Source of the DNA: Cyanidioschyzon merolae
Taxonomy: Eukaryota
DNA: 64,000 nucleotides
Assembly: GCA_000091205.1 (NCBI GenBank)
Contig: AP006501.2
Strand: one strand, 5' to 3'
The position numbers and the translations under genes are program-made. Positions 59,881-64,000 of this stretch are shown piece after piece; the first letter of the stretch is position 1, and every line of letters starts with the position of its first letter. The notes beneath the pieces are model-generated. The model was given only the letters and a program-made list of their open reading frames with translations. It did not search any database and was not told the DNA's origin.

Positions 59881-62849
59881 CCAGAATAGGGCGAGCAAGA
59901 GCCAGCACGCGGTATGGATGCAGTTTCGTTTGAGGCGACATTCCCCGCACAGACACTAGATGCGGAACAGTCGTGAGGGGTATCGTCCAGCGATTCACTG
60001 CATCCAGCGGTTGCCAAGAGCTCCCGAATTCGGTTCTCAAAGCGGTCCAAGAGTCGCCTGAGCAGAGCGCTCACCGGCTCTGTCATGGCACTCTGCACGA
60101 GACGTTCCACGGTCGCCACGGTCTGTAACGAATCAGTGTCGGATAGGACCTGTGGTAGCACCAGATGCTGCAGCAGCCGAGCACAAGCGATGGCAAACTC
60201 GGAACGAGGCTCCACGAGGATCTCGTTCAGCATTGCGATTGCTAGTCGGAGGTGGACGTTTCCGTCACCAGCAACGGTGGCTGTTTGACCCTGCGCTCCA
60301 GCGTGGATGCGTTGTTCGGATTCAGTGCTCAGCGCCCGATACGGATCGAGCAGAAACAGCAGGTACTGGCCAGCCTGCACTGGCGAAACAGTGGCCAGCG
60401 GATTGTCTTTGGGACTTTTCACGAGCACGCGCAAAGTCGGTAGGAACGCGTGCTCGAAGGCGTAGCGATGCTCTGGGTCACCTGTGAGGCAGATAGCTGG
60501 GAAGAAGACTGCTAGACACTGTCTTAGAGCGACGTTATCCGCTGTGGATGGTGTGAAGAACAAAAGGAGGAGCCGCTTGATGAGCTCCGCATCGGGCGCG
60601 AGACGCCGCAAAAAGATAAGCTTTGCAAAGCCCTCGACCACCGTTCCCTGGAGGGCGTCTGTATCCGCTGCAGTGAGCAGGCTGCACAGCCTATCCAGGA
60701 GCACTTGGCGGGGACTCGTCGTCGTCGTCGTCTCGAGGACGGCAGTGCTGGATTCTCCTGAGATTTCGGAGCAGTCTGGTGCTGTGCCCTCTTCGGAAGC
60801 GTGGGTGCACAGCCAATCGAAGAGCGCTCGCAAGGCAGCCAGACGCACCGCCTCGACGTCATGTTCAGCGACGTGGAGCAGGAGCAGCGAATGCTGCATC
60901 GACAGCTGACCGCTTCGGTCTATGAGCCCCGCCAGACCGAGGACGCGCATAGCGGTTAAGCGTTGGGAACTGTCCTCACTCGTGACATGGTGCAAGGTGC
61001 AAACCGACAGAAGCGTTACCAGCAGGGGCATGAACGTCTGCACAATGGCATTCAAGTCCCTGGACAAGACGCTGCGGGCGTTTGCGGCCTGGGAATGGCG
61101 AAGCAGGTGTCGTTGCTCGAGGCCGCTCTGATACCGGAGCAGTGCCTGTAGAAGCGCTTCAGAGAGCGCCAAGCAGGAGTGTTTTCCGGTGACATCGGGG
61201 TCCTCGTCGGCCTCGGCGGTGCTATGCAGCCCCGCTACAAGTTCTGTCACCAGACGAGTCGTTTCCTGAACGTTTGCTTGCGCACGAAACAGAACTTCGA
61301 GCGCCAACTGGAGCTCCTCTGGACCGAGTCTTGGCGAGCGAATCAGGGCTTCCATCGTTCGTAAGAGCAAGCGGCGCCCTGCTTCATCGCTCATGTCCAG
61401 GGTCCGAAGCACCTTCAACAGCATTCGCACGACGAAGGCGTACGACCGAGGCTCCGCAGCATCGCGCGCTGTTTCAGAAGCACGGCAGACACTCGTTGAG
61501 CAGGGCGAATGCGCAGCGTGCATCCCCAAAGGACTAGTGTCGACAACCTCCGTACGGGCATGTTGGTGGTAGTAGTCCAGTGCTGCGCAGAGATCGGTGA
61601 TGCACGGCAACAAGCTGGCTGCCAACTGGGGCCAGAGGGAGCGCTCCAGGTTGCGTGCTTTCCAGGCAGTGATCTGTGCACAGACGTAGGCGACTGCTGC
61701 TCGTTCTGCGTTCAACTCATTCAGATCTATCTGCGACACGGATTGCTCGATCTGTTCTTCAGTACTTTGGCAACTAGACTGCACTTCGGCTGCGAAACGA
61801 CGAACCAGTCGGAAACAGTCGGCATCCGGACAACTGACAAGCATCTGAACAAGCGCTGGTAAAACCGGCGTCTCGTGTACCTCGACATCGAGGAGCTGCA
61901 GCAGGTCGGTTAAGCGGCCTTTGCAGACGCATTCCAGCCATGATTTCCGCAGCATCTCTTCGAGACACGCTTTCTTCACTTCCATGCTGCGATCGGAGAG
62001 GCCACAGCGGAGCAGTTCCACCCGCTGCGCAATGCTCAACATCTTTGGGTTGACACGCTGCGCGAAAATCTTCTGGTATACCAAGAGCCGGATACTAGCG
62101 TCTACATCCCTGGCCCGCGATACGACTGCGTCTACCAGCGATGGATGCAATGCGGTCGCGAGCTGGAGAAGCGCTGCTTTGCGTACCGAAGCGCTCGGGT
62201 CACGACTGACGAGCCGTTCGAACACACCAAGCAACTCTTCATCCAATGTTTGTACCTGACGGAGGTGCAGGGTGTGCAACGCAATCAAAGCCTGGGCTCG
62301 CACGACGGGGACACGGTCACGTGTACGCTCGAGCAGCGCCCGCGAGACCTTGGTCATGCTGGCGCGGTCGTGGGAAAGCCACTCGCCCACGTGCTGTACG
62401 ATAGAGATAATGGCTTGGCAGCTTCTATATCGCACTGCCTTATCTTGAGCTGCAAGTAAACGAGTGAAGAACGTGAGCATTTCTTTAACAAAGTCCACGC
62501 CGCCCGGGATATTCTCCTTGTCTCGGGGTTCATCCGTTGGACGTTCCTTCGACGTTTGAAGAGCTAGCGTTCCGATCAAGTCGAAAATCCGCTCAACCCT
62601 GGTATCCTTGTTGTAGACGACCAGGCACCGCTTCAAGAGCTCAAACAATACACATAAACTGCCTGTTGCGTCCACGTCCCAGACCGCCTTCAAAGCCTGG
62701 GAGCTGTCTCGTGTACTGCTATCACTGAGGGTCACCGTCTCCAGAACCTGGATGATGCGCTCCCTCAAGGCCTCATTAGCAGCACGCTCCGTAGGCGCCG
62801 ATGTCGAGCGCGCAGCGGTTGCCGCAACCCGCGAGCTTAGGCGAGCCAT
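59856..62849 (-). CDS. YCG1: Condensin complex subunit 3 (CAP-G/Cnd3/Ycg1)
   Basis: ATG ORF of 997 aa with HEAT repeats. Family blocks are 'LLAAQDKAVRYRSCQAIISIVQHV', 'RTRDRVPVVRAQALIALHTL' and 'DPSASVRKAALLQL', followed by a Cnd3-type C-terminal domain. Confidence 0.85.
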   Translation of the reverse strand: MARLSSRVAATAARSTSAPTERAANEALRERIIQVLETVTLSDSSTRDSSQALKAVWDVDATGSLCVLFELLKRCLVVYNKDTRVERIFDLIGTLALQTSKERPTDEPRDKENIPGGVDFVKEMLTFFTRLLAAQDKAVRYRSCQAIISIVQHVGEWLSHDRASMTKVSRALLERTRDRVPVVRAQALIALHTLHLRQVQTLDEELLGVFERLVSRDPSASVRKAALLQLATALHPSLVDAVVSRARDVDASIRLLVYQKIFAQRVNPKMLSIAQRVELLRCGLSDRSMEVKKACLEEMLRKSWLECVCKGRLTDLLQLLDVEVHETPVLPALVQMLVSCPDADCFRLVRRFAAEVQSSCQSTEEQIEQSVSQIDLNELNAERAAVAYVCAQITAWKARNLERSLWPQLAASLLPCITDLCAALDYYHQHARTEVVDTSPLGMHAAHSPCSTSVCRASETARDAAEPRSYAFVVRMLLKVLRTLDMSDEAGRRLLLRTMEALIRSPRLGPEELQLALEVLFRAQANVQETTRLVTELVAGLHSTAEADEDPDVTGKHSCLALSEALLQALLRYQSGLEQRHLLRHSQAANARSVLSRDLNAIVQTFMPLLVTLLSVCTLHHVTSEDSSQRLTAMRVLGLAGLIDRSGQLSMQHSLLLLHVAEHDVEAVRLAALRALFDWLCTHASEEGTAPDCSEISGESSTAVLETTTTTSPRQVLLDRLCSLLTAADTDALQGTVVEGFAKLIFLRRLAPDAELIKRLLLLFFTPSTADNVALRQCLAVFFPAICLTGDPEHRYAFEHAFLPTLRVLVKSPKDNPLATVSPVQAGQYLLFLLDPYRALSTESEQRIHAGAQGQTATVAGDGNVHLRLAIAMLNEILVEPRSEFAIACARLLQHLVLPQVLSDTDSLQTVATVERLVQSAMTEPVSALLRRLLDRFENRIRELLATAGCSESLDDTPHDCSASSVCAGNVASNETASIPRAGSCSPYSGHSVTSGN

Positions 62850-63824
62850 CGGTACGCAATGTGTCGCTCACTGGCACTTCTGGGTGTCCGGAACTAGTGT
62901 GCAACTTTGACAGCAAGCCGCGCCCCGAGACTCTCGGTACCCTGCTCTCGAACAGTGACAAGTCCGAGAAGCGCTGTAGCTGTTCTAGGTCACGCGATGC
63001 GAAGTGTACGGTGGCTCGGTGCTGCTGCACCCTAACGCGCGTCAGCGTCATCCGGCGGCAGGCACCGCGTAGCGCTTCCGTCGATCTCGAGCGGGAATTC
63101 AAATCGACGTGGTCGACATGGGAGCATCCGATCACTTGTAGAAATATATGGAAATCTTTGAACTAATCGTAACGCTCGATGCGCCCGTCGATCTTCCTGT
63201 CGTGCGTGCGTCTGGGGCGCATCGCTGGGGCGAGCGCCGCGCGTGCTGTCTGAAAAACCGTGGAATGCGCCACGTAACACTTTGGACGATTTTAGGTTTC
63301 GGCTGTACGGCCAGTCTGGAACGCTCCTCCTAAGAAGGAGAGGCTCGCTGTATTCAGCGACTTGTGTATTCGTGCGTCGAACGTGCCGCAGGCGCCTCAA
63401 GGGGGCAAGGAGTTGCGTATAATACACCCAGCGGGTGTCTATGTGAGGTGTGATGCAGCGCTAATGAGCCTTGGTAGCGCGTCGGCATGACGTACGGGCC
63501 TTGGTGCCTTCGGAAGTTGCCCGCTTGGTCGCTCCGTGCGCCGTTTCGGTACCGTGTGTCGGGCATGCCGCGCTCGCTTCCAAACCGACACAGGCGCGTC
63601 GCTATCGGGATTCACGCACCGTGTGGTCGATTGGGCATCGGGTCGATCTATGATGATGCTAGGTGCGTTTCCAGGGAGCCTAGCGATTTGATCGCGACCT
63701 AATCTAGCCAGACGTTCGATTGTCCGCTGATTCTACGCAAGCTTGTATACGCAGCATGGATTGGCACATCATCGTAGGTGCGGTCGCAGCCGCGTTGCTG
63801 TCCCTGTGCAGGGTCCGTGTCCTC

Positions 63825-64000
63825 TCAGGTTGTGTATTCGGCATTGATTCGCACGTAATCGTAGCTGAGGTCGCATCCCCATGCTAGCCCCATGCCGGGT
63901 CCTTGTCCGACCCGGATTTCGAACGTCACCGTATCAGCAGCGGTGTTGTAGGTTTCGGCGTTCTTGCCAGCGGCCGCGGCATCAGCAAGGTATCTACGCG
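63825..64000 (-). CDS. argJ: Glutamate N-acetyltransferase / ornithine acetyltransferase ArgJ, C-terminal end (5'-partial at the window edge)
   Basis: My own reverse-strand translation gives '...[35 protein letters not shown]' with the stop at 63825-63827. It matches the invariant ArgJ terminus '[18 protein letters not shown]'. The ORF track omits it because the start lies outside the window. Confidence 0.85.
   Translation of the reverse strand, partial: RRYLADAAAAGKNAETYNTAADTVTFEIRVGQGPGMGLAWGCDLSYDYVRINAEYTT

Noticed and set aside
1-64000. Scan for tRNA, rRNA and other RNA genes
   Set aside because: I looked for T-loop-type 'GGTTCGAnTCC' motifs and their reverse complements in the spacers and found no convincing cloverleaf candidates. 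This is an eye scan, not a tRNAscan or Infernal run, so small RNAs may have been missed.

Overview
This 64-kb window looks like nuclear DNA from a compact, GC-rich, essentially intron-free eukaryote. Eukaryote-only genes appear as single uninterrupted ORFs: listerin, condensin CAP-G, CstF-77, HAS1/DDX18, a clathrin light chain-like protein and an actin-family protein. They sit beside plastid-type and bacterial-type genes: homogentisate prenyltransferase, M48 protease, SurE, YggS, DUF423, DUF2358, a partial ArgJ and a FetA/FetB-like ABC pair. My guess is a unicellular photosynthetic eukaryote such as a cyanidiophyte red alga, but I cannot verify that here. I call about 22 protein-coding genes on both strands and recognised no tRNA, rRNA or CRISPR. 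Many ORF-track starts are GTG or TTG, so I re-anchored those CDSs to the first in-frame ATG. The main finding is that every intergenic spacer longer than about 1.4 kb holds at least one stop- and frameshift-riddled relic of a single gene family. The ordered motifs of that family are TDGVS, DxGRxN, xIExL, TSKxC, CxxC and RDxNAxxNIxR, which match TnpB/Fanzor-type RuvC plus Zn-ribbon nucleases. I count nine relics, R1 to R9. Three pairs (R2/R8, R4/R5, R1/R6) are collinear at the DNA level. R4 and R5 bracket two host genes as direct repeats. In two pairs the homology runs 150-250 bp past the nuclease C-terminus, where a guide-RNA scaffold or transposon end would lie. Secondary observations are an operon-ordered FetA-FetB gene pair, a duplicated 7-Cys/1-His module in a low-complexity protein, an 81-bp minisatellite, a G-box-bearing promoter array and several smaller repeats. 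All homology calls rest on motif recognition by eye and need profile searches to confirm.
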